Source: Sminthopsis crassicaudata (lineage: Eukaryota). Taken from it: a stretch of DNA of 64,000 nucleotides. This document shows positions 1-12,700 of this stretch, piece after piece. The stretch spans positions 440,725,261-440,789,260 of the forward strand of contig NC_133620.1 in NCBI RefSeq assembly GCF_048593235.1. Reading direction: 5' to 3'. The stretch's first letter is position 1. The number at the start of each line of letters is the position of its first letter. The translations under genes were made by a program, and so were the position numbers. The notes beneath the pieces are model-generated. The model ran no database searches. It was not told the DNA's origin and was given only the letters and a program-made list of their open reading frames with translations.

Positions 1-736
1 GTACTTTTTTCCACAATGGTCACCCACTCCTTGCTATTAACATTCCCCCACAAACTACCTCCTATAGGGATTTCTTTTAAGTTATAGTCCCACAAAGGAG
101 ATGGAGAAAAATTAGAGGCCCTACTTCTGCTTGCATAATTCTTATCCCTTCAAGAAGTCATTATCTAGCTTTTTCATCCCTCAGGAAGCAACAACCTTTT
201 AAACCACTGCAAAAGTGGGTCTTGTATCATGTACTTTAAATAGTCCTTCCTTTGAGGAGAAATAACATAAGAAACACAAACAACTCTCACCAGATCTAAG
301 AAAAGAACATAGTTTACTGTTAAGGGATTACTTAGAACCTAGAAATCTATCCTTCTCCATTTCCACCTAAAACTACACCAGACCTCTTATTGAGAGAACA
401 AAGTCCAACACTGGATTCACAAGGCAAATCTGAATCAATGAAGCATCACTTTTAATACTAAATATAAAGATATATATGGAAAAACTACATGACCACAGGA
501 AAATGTCTCTTTAAAATTTAAACTCCAGTGCTGCACAAGCCCAATATACCTGCACTTCTCTGGTAAAAATGTTTGGTGAATTTTCATGTTTCTCTGTTAA
601 AGCTTTATCCAGGATGTCCCAAAAAGTCTTAGTGCAGCTTCATCCTCAAAACTCATGTTTTTTAAAACATGAGACCCATTTTTAACAACTATAGAATATT
701 TATTTACAGGAACTCATAAAATACAATCATCTATAG

Positions 737-888
737 CAAGAAATCAGCAAACTATGTCAAAGAGCTAAGAAGGTTAGGGAGCTAAGAATGGTTTTTTACA
801 TTTTAAATCTAAAAAGTATTCTAAGCTCAAGACATTACCAAAAAAGAGAGCCAGATGTGGTCCTCTGGCAGTAGCTTGCTGACCTCTG
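737..888. mobile_element. hAT-Charlie MITE (MER58-like)
   Basis: Degenerate TIRs (caagaaatcagcaaact / agcttgctgacctctg), internal gagctaagaatggttttttacatttt, and an 8 bp TSD atctatag/atctacag. Confidence 0.7.
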
Positions 889-2744
889 ATCTACAGCAAG
901 TACATAAGGTCCTTCAAATTAATATGTACAAAGCTAGGCTAGAGAAAGAAAATCTCATTGCTGTTACCTAGTCAAATATTTACAAACTAGCAAGGCTTGT
1001 GACCTTTACTCCATTATCCCTTCTCCAATAGCTCCCCAACCTAGGGGAAGTACTTCACTTAACAGACTGCTGTCTTTCTGGAGTTACCAGACCTCATGTG
1101 TCATCTGCACTTGGGCACAGCAGTGCCTGTACAGCTTTACATTTCATGTGCAATGCAGTAAATGGGAAGCACCATAAAGTTAAGAGAAGAGAGAGCTATG
1201 AAATCTAGACATCCAACGCTTCTTTTCATTTGTACTGTCAAGCTAAACTTTCCCCTTTTTAAGATAGACACTTGCCGATGAAGGTATAAAAAATTAACTT
1301 AAATGTAAAAACAAAAACAAAAACGAAACCTTGAAAAAATTAAGCCCAGCCACTACCAATCTCATTAGTTGATATGGTCTTAATGCATGCAAGACCCAAG
1401 TATCTGCAATAAGCACTGGATACATATGGAATACAAACAGAAAGTCAGCCCAAGTTAACATGCCGCCCACACGCTTTTCTGATGTCATGCCAGAATGCAG
1501 GTTTAGCTTTGCTAAAACGGCTTCCTCAGAATTGTAGTTATGGGAGCTGTGAAACTGTAGCTCTGTCCTAAATTGAACCCATGCATCAAGTGGACAAAGG
1601 ATGAGGTCAGAAACTCCAGTTTATATATGCACACAATCTCCACTCATTAGTAAAAACAAACCAACAGTGTACATACTGTAAGGTGGTAGTTTTCCCCTGG
1701 GTTTGGAGGGAGCTTTCAACTTTAGGTTCTGCCAACAGCAATAGTAAAGGAATTAACAACTCTCATTAACTGTGAGAGACGCTGTGTTAACTGGCTCTAA
1801 CCCAGGAAACTCTGGGTTCAAATCCTCCCTCAAATATTCTGGCAGCATTACACTGAACAAGTCTCAACCTCTTTCAGTATTCAAGATAAGTCCTCTGAAC
1901 TACAGGCTCCAGAGAAGGTGGAATGGATTATTCTTATTAGGAACTAGATACAGGAGGAAATCAGGGGTTCAGTTCTTACCTCCTACCCATTAACCATTAT
2001 AAGCAAATTTTGGTTCTGCAGGACTCAAAGGAGATAGGCCTGAATACATCATCTTGTTTACTTAGCTAGAAAGAATCATTAATTCAACTATCTTATCAAT
2101 GACTAACTACTAAATGCTAAAAAAAGCCAATACCTAATTATCTTGAATTTAAAGGGAACATGAAAATGAAACTTTCACCTAGGATGAAATTGTTCTATTA
2201 AAATAATAAAAGAAAATGCACGTTCCTAAGCTATTAAGCCCTAAAAGATTGGCATTGTTCTTCCCCTTCCAAGCAACTTTTACTTAGTCTACCACATAAG
2301 GACAAAAATGGATAGAAATGTCTTCTTAGATTTAATGACGGTCACTTTCTTCCAGGGACTAGAAATGGAAATCTGTTTCCCTAAACAAGTTGACATTAAT
2401 TTGATCCCATTATAGATAAACCCCCGTTTCTCTAAAGTATGTCAAAAGGAGGAAAACATAGTTTCTCCAATGTCAAGCGAATTCTGTTCTTTATAAATAA
2501 AGCTGCTATGAATATGTGAAACTTGCTACTCTCGCCAGAATCTACTCTCCCATGATGTAGCATAGTGACTTGGCTTTCGACAACAGGATAGATTATCATA
2601 AATCTAAAAGCATCCTAGAATCCTAAGAACAAAATGATAATCAACTAACTCTAACTGGTATGGGAATAAGAATTTCCCAGAAAATGCCATATTCCCAAAA
2701 TTATTTGACTAGGGAAAATAATGGAATAAATATTTATATAGTGT

Positions 2745-2960
2745 TGATTATATGTCAGGCCCTGTGATAAGCACTTTATAAATCTTAGCTTACTAGATTC
2801 TCATAACAAATCTATCCCAGCTGTTATCATCCCCATTCCACAAGTGAAGAAACTGAGGCAAACAAAGGTCTAGTGACTTGCCCAAAGTGGTGGGAGTCTA
2901 GATGTGAAGTCAGGCCTCCCTGCCTGCAGGCCCAGCATTCTAAGCAGTGAGCCATCCTAA
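2745..2960 (-). mobile_element. MIR/MAR1 CORE-SINE
   Basis: Contains gaaactgaggca...gtgacttgcccaa, the CORE-SINE body in reverse orientation. Confidence 0.7.
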
Positions 2961-3094
2961 TTCGTTCTTCATTTTCCCCTTTTCTCTCCCCCACTGCCAT
3001 CTCTTTAGGATAAGAGAATCAAATTAACTTCAATTCATTCAATTCAAATGATTAATGACACAGCATCTGATTTATTCATGAACTTGTACAATAC

Positions 3095-3679
3095 CTGGAA
3101 TCATCAGTCACTTCTTCAATAAAGCCGGATTCACATCTGGGGCAAATATACTCCTATAAAGGAAAGGAAATAAAAGTCGTCAGAGAGCTGATTGTACAGT
3201 TTCAGGCCAGCAAACAACACAAAAGCTGATGCTGTGAGAGAGTCTTAAGTGCACGTCCAGTTGTGCAACGGCTTTCTGTTGTACACAAGCAAATACTGAT
3301 ATGTTTGGAGGTACATGAACTGGTTTCCAAAGGAGAAGAAATAGATGTGAACAATGTCAAAAGTATTAGCCTCCCCTTTTCCCCAAATGCTTCACTAATT
3401 TAAAAATATCTACACGGCATCTGGGAAATCTTAATTATCTACTTTCCTCCTCAAATCTAACTCAATGAAAAATTTCTACTAGATAAATGGGCATAGAAAC
3501 AACACATTATAATGTTGGATGGGACAGAAACAGATGTACCACATCTCATCTTGTCAGCAGAGGACATTAACAGCAGTGTTGCTAAATTGGTCCAAGGCAG
3601 AGCTTTCCCATATTTCTGGTCTGTTTGGTTTTCTGACTTCAAGTGCCTCAAAATAACATGTAGCAGTCTCATGTGGTAC

Positions 3680-3736
<57 letters not shown>

Positions 3737-6700
3737 TAACTGGAAAGCACAGAGTAGCATAGATTTAGGGCTAGAATGGATCTTGGATGTAATCTAGCAC
3801 TGCCTCAATTACTGAGGCTCAGAGACGGAAAATAACTTGAACCAAAATTACAAAAGGAAGAAAAACACGAAGACTCAAAGCTGGAGCTCCCAATATAGGA
3901 ATCTTCTCACGTCATTTGAAGATTTCTAAGTCAATATTTTAAGGCTTATGATTAGGTAACTGGCTATATTCAAAATTCCAGACTTATAAAGACAATCAAT
4001 TCTGGGAGATTAGTATTCAGTCTGATTGGAAGGATGGGGAGTGGAATATTCAACTCCCCCCCACACCAAATCCTTCCTTTCTAAAGAACACAAGCTTAGA
4101 TGAACAAAAGCACTTAGCATCAGCCACTCTGATGGGTCACAACTCCCCCAAAAAAGATACTCCAGCTCCTACTCCTGGGAGCCTTCTCCTATCAGCTCTT
4201 TCCCTTTGGCTTGTAAGCTCTCTGAGAGCAGGGACTTACATTGCTCAGTTCAGGGACAGGCACAGTTAAAGCATCAAGCCAGATGGATCAAACCCAGATC
4301 ACATGAGTTCTCACAGGTAGGCCAACAAAAAGTCCACCCTGTTTTTGTTTTGGTCCCATAGCCAAAGAGTGAACATAAGTAGCAATTGTGGTTTGACCAG
4401 AAACCCTGAGGTTCTTTTCCTCTCAGATAGTCCAAAATCTATGTAAGAAAGGACATTCTTTACCTCAATTCTTACCCAGCCTAAATTGCTAAATGAATGA
4501 GTCAAATTGAGACCTGTTAAAGACTTTAACTTAAAAAGGCCAGGATTTGCCACAGTATCCAGTCCTCCTGATCTATATCTGACCATTGGACCCAGATGGT
4601 TCCAAATGAAAAAGTGAGGCAGGTGACCTTGCACAGCCTCCCACACTTCAAAACAATTCATTTACATGTCACAGCATCACTGCCCTAATGTCATGGTCCT
4701 TTTCAGAACAAGGACCAAATAACAAAAGCTTGGCCCATGGTAGATGATGGGTCATTAGGTGGGTTTGGCAGAGACAGCCCAAAGTACTAATAAGATTACT
4801 CCCTGAAGCAAGGAAAAGCAGGATCGGGGATCAGCCCAACCTTACATGACTACCCCAGGAAGCCTTGAGTAACCCCACATTACTATATCCAAACAGAAAG
4901 CTAAGTTATGATGTCAAACTTCCCCAGTTAAATTTCTCCTAGAAGGTCTACCACATGTCTTTTGGGTTAGTTCGACAAGGTGCTCTGCCTCCTGGTATCT
5001 TTCTTCTCATCTCCTCCCACAATCCTGATCTTTTTTTTTTTTTTTTCCTTTACTACTGTTAGAGTGCTAACTCCCTTTTAGGTTTTAGCCTGCCAGTCAG
5101 TGGTGTATACTAGCACCTCATGGAATATTTCCTTTCTCCTGGTTAACTGTGAGTTTCACTGAAAAACTTGTCTTTTCCACTGTTAGTTGTTAAAGCCCTT
5201 TTCTTGCTAACTACATGCTCTCTAAAATCTATTTCATATTTACAACTCCTAGTCCCTATTTTACCTCTTCACTTTGATTGCAACCTCTTCTCATGAATAA
5301 AATTATTTTTAGGTAAGAAGAAAGACCCTGTGAGTTCTTCACAAGTAAATTGCTACTGAACCCTATCATTTGATGTTGAACTCCTTCATTTGGTATCTAC
5401 ATCTATCTCATCATTTGGTGCCAATTGCTTTATTCAATCTCACCAGTAGGTGCTTAATAAATGTTGACTGAATTGAATTAATTGAAATAATTAGGAGTTT
5501 TACAAAGGATCCAAATTCTGATTAGCATTAATTACATTGATAAGTTTAAATCATTGCTTCTCCCACTCTTCTGGAGTGTCCTCTACAAAGCAAGAGGCCT
5601 GGACTATGTCAAACATTCTTAAACTGTGGGTCAAGACCCCATATGGTTTTGAGTAACTAAATGTGGGAGGGGGGGGGTCCCAAAAAGGTTGGCTACAATA
5701 AAAGGTTTCTGAACCAAAAGTTAATTCAAAATCAAATGTGCAATAAATCTGAGGTGTTTCTGGCAGGATTTGGCCATGCTGTATCATTCAACTTCACTAA
5801 AGTCTTGGTTCTGAACAAATATGTGCACTTTGCACTGCGTGGAAGCTACTAGAAACACCTCGGCTCAGATGAAGGACAGGTGTAAAACTTTCTTGGGCAA
5901 AAAAGGGATCATAAGTGGAAAAAGTTTAAGAGCCCTGTACTATGTCCCTAGCAAATCTAATTCTAGGATAGATAATCATAAACTTAAAAAGATTAGTAAT
6001 TATTATAAGTATTTTATATCATTGTTTGTTATTCTCAAAGAGAACCAAAACATCAGGAGGTAATTGGATTTAAATGAGGGAAAGTTATGCAAAAGCCATC
6101 AGTCTTATTTTCTCCTCTGGAACTATGGGAGTCCAATGGTAAGATACAGATTAAGACTACAGGAGATGGCCCAGGATGTAGTGGGAGAATTTGACCTAAG
6201 TTCTTTGTCTGTTAGAGTAAGGCAAAATAGCCCATTCATGGCTTAAGGTTACATAAGAAATGAGGCAAAAAATGAGGCCAAAAAAAAAAAAAAAAAAGTA
6301 AACCATCTGGGAGGGAAAGACCTTCAGCATTTTAGGTCAAAACAGAAACTACTGTTATTTCCATTCTCTCTGAACCAATCAGGGACCAAACAATAACCAA
6401 GTGGAGCTTGACCAGGAACCTAGTTTGTTCAAGTCAATAAGTCAGAATGATTTGGGTTTAAGGCATGGTCGTCACCTCAATTCCTTTCTTATACTCAGTA
6501 CCCTTTGTAATCCTAGCTGACAGCTAGGTGCCACAGTGGATAGAGTGCTGGATTTATAGTCAGGAAAAAGTCTTCAAGAGTTCAAATTTGGTCTCAGACA
6601 CACCTTAGCTATGTGTAGACCCTGGACAAGTCACATGACCTTATTTGCCTTAGTTTCCTCATCTGTAAATAAGCTTGAGAAGGAAATAGCAAATCACTCC

Positions 6701-9700
6701 AGTATGTTTGCCAAGAAAACACTAATGAGATCATGAAGAGTCTCGTACAATTAAAGAATCACCACCACAAAGTGGGTACAGGTGGAGGAGGAGGCTAAAA
6801 AGAGCAAAGTGAGCCTGACATTAGAGCATAAGGCTTCTATTAGGTAGAAAGATTTGGAGCTCAGGTGTGGTGACAAGATGCTTCTCTGACAATCGGCCTG
6901 ACTCTGGATTCTCTGATAAGCAGCCTTGCTCAATTCAGAACAGCCTGAATTAGAAAACTGGTAAACTACTACACACCTGTTAGATTGGCTAAGATGACAA
7001 GAAAAGACAAGGACAAATATTGAAGGGGATGTGGGAAAACAGACACTGATACATTGTTGGTGGAGTTGTGAATGGATCCAGCAATTCTGGAGAGCAATTT
7101 GAAACTATGCCCAAAAAGTTATTCAACTGTGCATACCCTTAGACCCAACAGGGTTACTACTGGGCTTATATCCCAAAGAGATTTTAAAGAAGGGAAAGGG
7201 ACCTGTAAGTGGAAGAATGTTTGTGGAAGCCCTCTTTGTGGTGATCAGAAACTGGAAACTACATGGATGCCCCTCAATTGGAGAATGGGTGAGTAAATTA
7301 TGGTATATGAATGTTATAGAATATTATTGTTCTATAAGAAACGACCAGCAGGATGATTTCAGAAAGGCCTGGAGAGACTTACATGAACTGATGCATCTGT
7401 TATGTGATAGATACTATAGTAAAGCTAAAGGAAAAAGGCAAGGGGAAAGGGAACAAGCATTACTACATACCTATTTTATGCCAGGTACTGTGTTAAGGGC
7501 TTTACAAATATCTCATTTGATATAGATGTTATAATCTCCACCACAAGAGAAAAGAAACTGTGGTAGAGAGTAATTAAGTGACTCACACTTATACTGCCTG
7601 AATCCACATTTGAACACAAAGCCTTCCTGACTGTAAAGTCAGCCCTCTATCCACAGTGCCCCCATGCCAACTTGCTACTCAATCAGCTATACAAACAAAT
7701 TAATTCATCTAGGAAAAAAGGAGCAAATGAACAGGAGAAATACTTTTTATCAAATCTCTCAGATAAGCATTTGATATCTAAGATACATAAACTAACAGAT
7801 ACATCATAAAAATTCCTTGGGGCAGCTAGGTGGCGCAGTGGATAGAGCACCAGCCTTAAATTCAGGAGGACCTGAGTTCAAATCTAGTCTCAGACACTTA
7901 ACACTTCCTGTTTGTGTGACCCTGGGCAAGTCACTTAACCTTAATTGTCTCAGAAAAAAAAAAAGTAATTCTTCAACAGATAAATCATAAAGACATGAAC
8001 AGTTATCATAAGAACTGTAATCATAAGAACATGACCATGAGTGCAAATCAAAATAATAAGAAATGTGCAAACCAAAAACAACCCTGAAGTTTTACTTCAT
8101 ATTCAGCAAATTAGCAAAAAGAGAAGAAAAGATGTTGGACTGGGATAGGTGGGAAGAGAATCATGCTAGTACATTGTTGGAATTGTGGATCAGTACAAGC
8201 ATTCTGGAAAGTCATTTGGAATTATATTTTAAAAATGACTAAAGTATCCATACCCTTTGACCTACTAAGCATATAGCCCAAAGAGTCATCGATAAGAAAG
8301 CCCTTTCTTTAATAAAACTATTTATAGCAGCCCTTTTTTGTTTTTTAGTAACAAAGAATTAGAAACAAAGTAGCTGCCCATCAATGAGGGAATAAATGGC
8401 TAACCAAACTGCAGTACAGGAATGCAATAGAGTATTACTGTGTTTATTATAAAAGAAGACATACTTATATGAATAACAAATGCAGAGTGAAATAAACAGA
8501 AGAAAGAAAAGAACATCCATAATGATAACAATACAAATGGAAAGAACAAAGCCACAAAATGTTTTTTTTTTTTTGAAAAAAAATGAAAGCAGCAAAATTA
8601 CAAAGCCCTGTCTTAAATAGGTATGAAATTCACAAGTATGAAAAATGCATATTAAGGTTCAAAAAAATTAATTTATTTATTTGGTTGAGTTTTCATCTTT
8701 CCTACCAAAAAAAAAAATCTTTCTCATGAGATATGACTCTCTGGGAAGGACAGGAAGACAAATACAAGGGGAAATTTTAGGCAATGTTAAATTAATTTTG
8801 ACCAAAGATGAACCTAATTTTTTTTAAAAATGCAAGCCATATATATACTCTTTTTGTTCTATACCATGTAAAGAAAACATTCTGTTTTTTTAGTGTTCAT
8901 CAAATTCAGAATTAAATTTTAAAATACATATGTATATATAAAATTTACAGGGGGGCAGCTATAGGTGGCGCAGTGGATAGAGCACCAGCCTTGAATTCAG
9001 GAGGACCCGAGTTCAAATCTAGTCTCAGACACTTAACACTTCCTAGCTGTGTGACCCTGGGCAAGTCACTTAACCTCAGCCTCAGAAAAAAATAAAATAA
9101 AATAAAATTTACATATACATATATACAGGTGTGGGTATTTTTAAACAATTTGATTTTAGGAATACTGACTAGTATATTTCACTGGATATAAACCAACTTA
9201 AAAGCAAGACAGTCAACATTCACTGACATTAAAAAATGAAATATACATCCTGGCTTTAATTATTTCATTTGCCTTTCCTCTTGTTCTCTAAGAGATAGAA
9301 TTATTAAAGTCTGAGCTGTTGGCAAAGCAGGAAAGCAGTGCTATGAGTCATGATCCAGTTGAAGTAATGCCCCACAAAGAGAAATACCCTTGAACCCTAT
9401 ACAAATGTATATTCATTACTATTTTTTAATCTGAACTCCCCAATGATTTCCTTACCTGACCTCAGAATTTTGTTTTTTTCAGTGTTAGGGATGTTGTCAG
9501 TGACTGATTTAAGTGCTGGTACTTTATGGTCAGAAGTTACAAAGGGCGGTAAGTCAATGGACAAATACCTATTTTCTGTCCAGTATAGTCAGTGATTTAA
9601 AATTAATCACTATATTAAGTTACATTACATACTACTCATACAGTTCATACTTGACTTCAAGTTATCATCTGGTAAAATTGTACTGACACAATTACTCACA

Positions 9701-12700
9701 AACTACTTATGGCATCACTTTCCTGATGTCATGGCTGTCTTTGAGAATGAAGGACAAACAACAAATAGATGGATCAGAGGCAAAATATTTTAGATAACAT
9801 CATAACTCAGAATTACAAATGACATAATTAGTGTTTAATATCTCTGTACCTTTTCCTCTAATTCTCTCAAAGCCTCTAGTGTCCAAAGTTAACTATTAAT
9901 TCTCTTTTTTTAAATTGTGTATTTGACAAACTTTAAACATGAACATTTTGATATATAAAGAATGGAAGGTTTTAAATAATGAGTTTCTGTTGCAAATAGT
10001 TTTGGTTTTTTTTTCCCCCCTAACTTAGAGCTTTTTAATATGAATGAGATGAGGTGAGGTGAGATCTTTCAAGACAGTTGTGAAAATCGAGTAAGGCTTC
10101 ATCTACTTCCTTGTTTGAATAGACCTGAAGGACTTCAGAGGATTGCTTCAAGAGCATAATTGGGTCCCCTTCCTGCTACCCTCCCATGACACAATCTCCT
10201 CCCTATTTCAGCCAAATATGGGCAACTATGTACTTATTGGCCAAGTTCAATTTCATGGGTAGATCTCTTTGTTTAGAATGTAAGACTCTCAGCCAATGAG
10301 GATGAGGGTCAGTGGTGGGAGGGGGTGTTAGGGATTAAAGGGGCTGTCCTGCCCACAGGAGGCTCTTCTTCTCTTGTCTGCTCAACGTGTAAGACACCCT
10401 TCTAGAGAGAATGTAAAATAAATTTTGCTTTACTCTAGAGATCTCTCCAATTTTTTTTATTAAATGGTGACCCCTCACCATTTCTGTACCACACAAATAC
10501 ATTTTTTTGCATTCTCCATTTTGACCACATATTCTTATCAATGAAATATTTTGAACACATCAATATATGTATAAGTTCTATCATTTAAAATGAAACCAAC
10601 ATTCTGTGCATTGTGAAATTTACATAAAAATAGACATTTAAATTTGAGAAAGACAAAGTATTTTAGTAAGCTCAAAAGTCCTTTTGATCTCACAAAAAGA
10701 GTGACAGTTTTAGTGAAAGCAATGGGTATACTAAAATATTTTCGTCTCACCAAAAAGATTAAAAATGCAATTTTCAGTCTTGGCTTAAACCTTTACTCAG
10801 ATTCTGATTTGAGTACTTTGCCCCTTGCCATTTTGCTGATCTTGCCTGGCCAACTCTCAGCCTTAGGTTACTCCCACTATCAAAAACCTTTGATCTTATT
10901 CATGTACTGCTGAATAAAGCTAAAGAAAAAATTTAAAAACCCTAGTTGAATGAGTCTACAACGAATACAACTAATTTATATTTAATATCAAATAAGCTCT
11001 CACTGCTGCAAGGCAATACTTTTATACAACCCTAATCAAACAGTTATTACAGACAGAGGCTTTTCAAAACCTTTTTCTTGAAATCTCATTACTCTTCCTT
11101 TGTCCACTTTCTCAGCTTCTTTTTATCTCGTTCTCACAGCATATCACTCAGGAGGTTCCTTATCTTACTGATATTCTGAACATAGTTTTGGACCAAGAGA
11201 AACTAAATAATAGATCTCTGAGGCAAGCAGTTCTGATAAGAAATCAGTTTAGCTCCATGTCCCACCCTTTGAGGAGGTGGTCTGATCTGAAATTCCAGGT
11301 TTTTTCAAACTCCTGAGACTCAAGCTCTATGAGTCCCACGCAGTCTTACCTTGTGATACCCTGTCAGGAATACAATCACTTCCCTGAAGTTAAATTCTCC
11401 CTTTATAGCCCATTTGTGGGGCATCCCATGGCTTCCTTCCTTTGGGTCAGCCCACCACAGCACTGTCTCAGGTCTTTTCTCTTCCTTTTCCCCCATGCCA
11501 CATGATATCTCCCCTAACTCCATTATACTTCCCAACTGCACTTCTCCTCCTTAAAAGCTATTTCAATTTTAGGATGATAAGTTCCTTTTAGGATTTAGCC
11601 TGCTAGCTAAGGGTGTGTCCCAATCTCAAGGGGTGTTCTTTTACGGGTGTTGCACCACAGTTCTCTTTTAATGTTCTGACCCAGTTTCCCTAACAGTCCT
11701 ATTCAGTTACTCTATCTCAGGTTATAATCATTCCCTTTTAATGTAAGGATAAAGGTCTTAAATCTTAGACCTTAGGCTATACTTTTTGAAGTTTGAAGGG
11801 ATAAAGGTCTTTTAGACATCATTAGAATATCAGAAGCCTCTCCAGTACCTCCCATTATATCATCCTAGGTGTCTCCCCCATTGTATTAGAGTTACCCCAT
11901 AAAAGAATGCTGTATCAGATATTCAGTGCTGGGTTCTTTGAGATGATATTCTCCTTCAGCCTGGGAAACCACCATGGATCCATTTGATCCCAATAAATCT
12001 CTCTATTTAATAAATTCTGTATTGAATACTCTCTATTCTCTGTCTTTTATTCTCTGTCAGTTTCTCGGCATTACACTGGGTAATTGTGAGTTCCACTGAG
12101 GAACTTGTCTTGCATATATTCTCCCACTCTATTCCATATTTACCATTCCTGGTGTCTTTGTATCCCTCCTTTTTGTCTGTTATGTCTTCCCTAAGTAAAT
12201 CTACCTTTTGCCAAAGAGAATGGCCAATATAAATTCTTCACAAAACTGAACCTCAACTTTTGGTGCCTGCCATCATTTGGTGACAAACTCCACATTATAG
12301 ATCACATCACTATCTTCTCCTTTACCCCTATCTCATATAAATAGACATGTTCTCCTTGCCAGGGCAAACTAGCTTTCTTTATATACAGAAGTGATCACAT
12401 TTCATCTCATTCTTTAGCAGACTGTCCACTCAATCATACCCATTCCCCCACTAATTTTGAATCTTTCCTCATCTGCTATATGCTAAATTAAGGACTCTAG
12501 TAGTATCTCTCCTGTTCTAAAAAGCTCTCACTTGATCCATCTATCCCTGCCACCAATATCTTTCCTTCCTTTCATAGCTAAACTTCTTGAGATGGCCACC
12601 TATAACTGATGCCTCCATCAAGTCCTTTCGTCTTGTTTTTTTTAACTCCCTGCAGTCTATCTTCCCATTCAAATGAAATTGCTTTATGCAAAAGTTATTG

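Noticed and set aside
1-3094. RNF115 exon 3 or later exons
   Set aside because: No segment encoding the expected FLGGGGSR...HFAE with splice sites was found; it presumably lies left of the window.
3512-3760. Poly-Lys and poly-Phe ORFs
   Set aside because: Translations of the A52 homopolymer.
7820-7900. tRNA-like A/B boxes at the SINE heads
   Set aside because: These are CORE-SINE promoters; no cloverleaf or acceptor stem.
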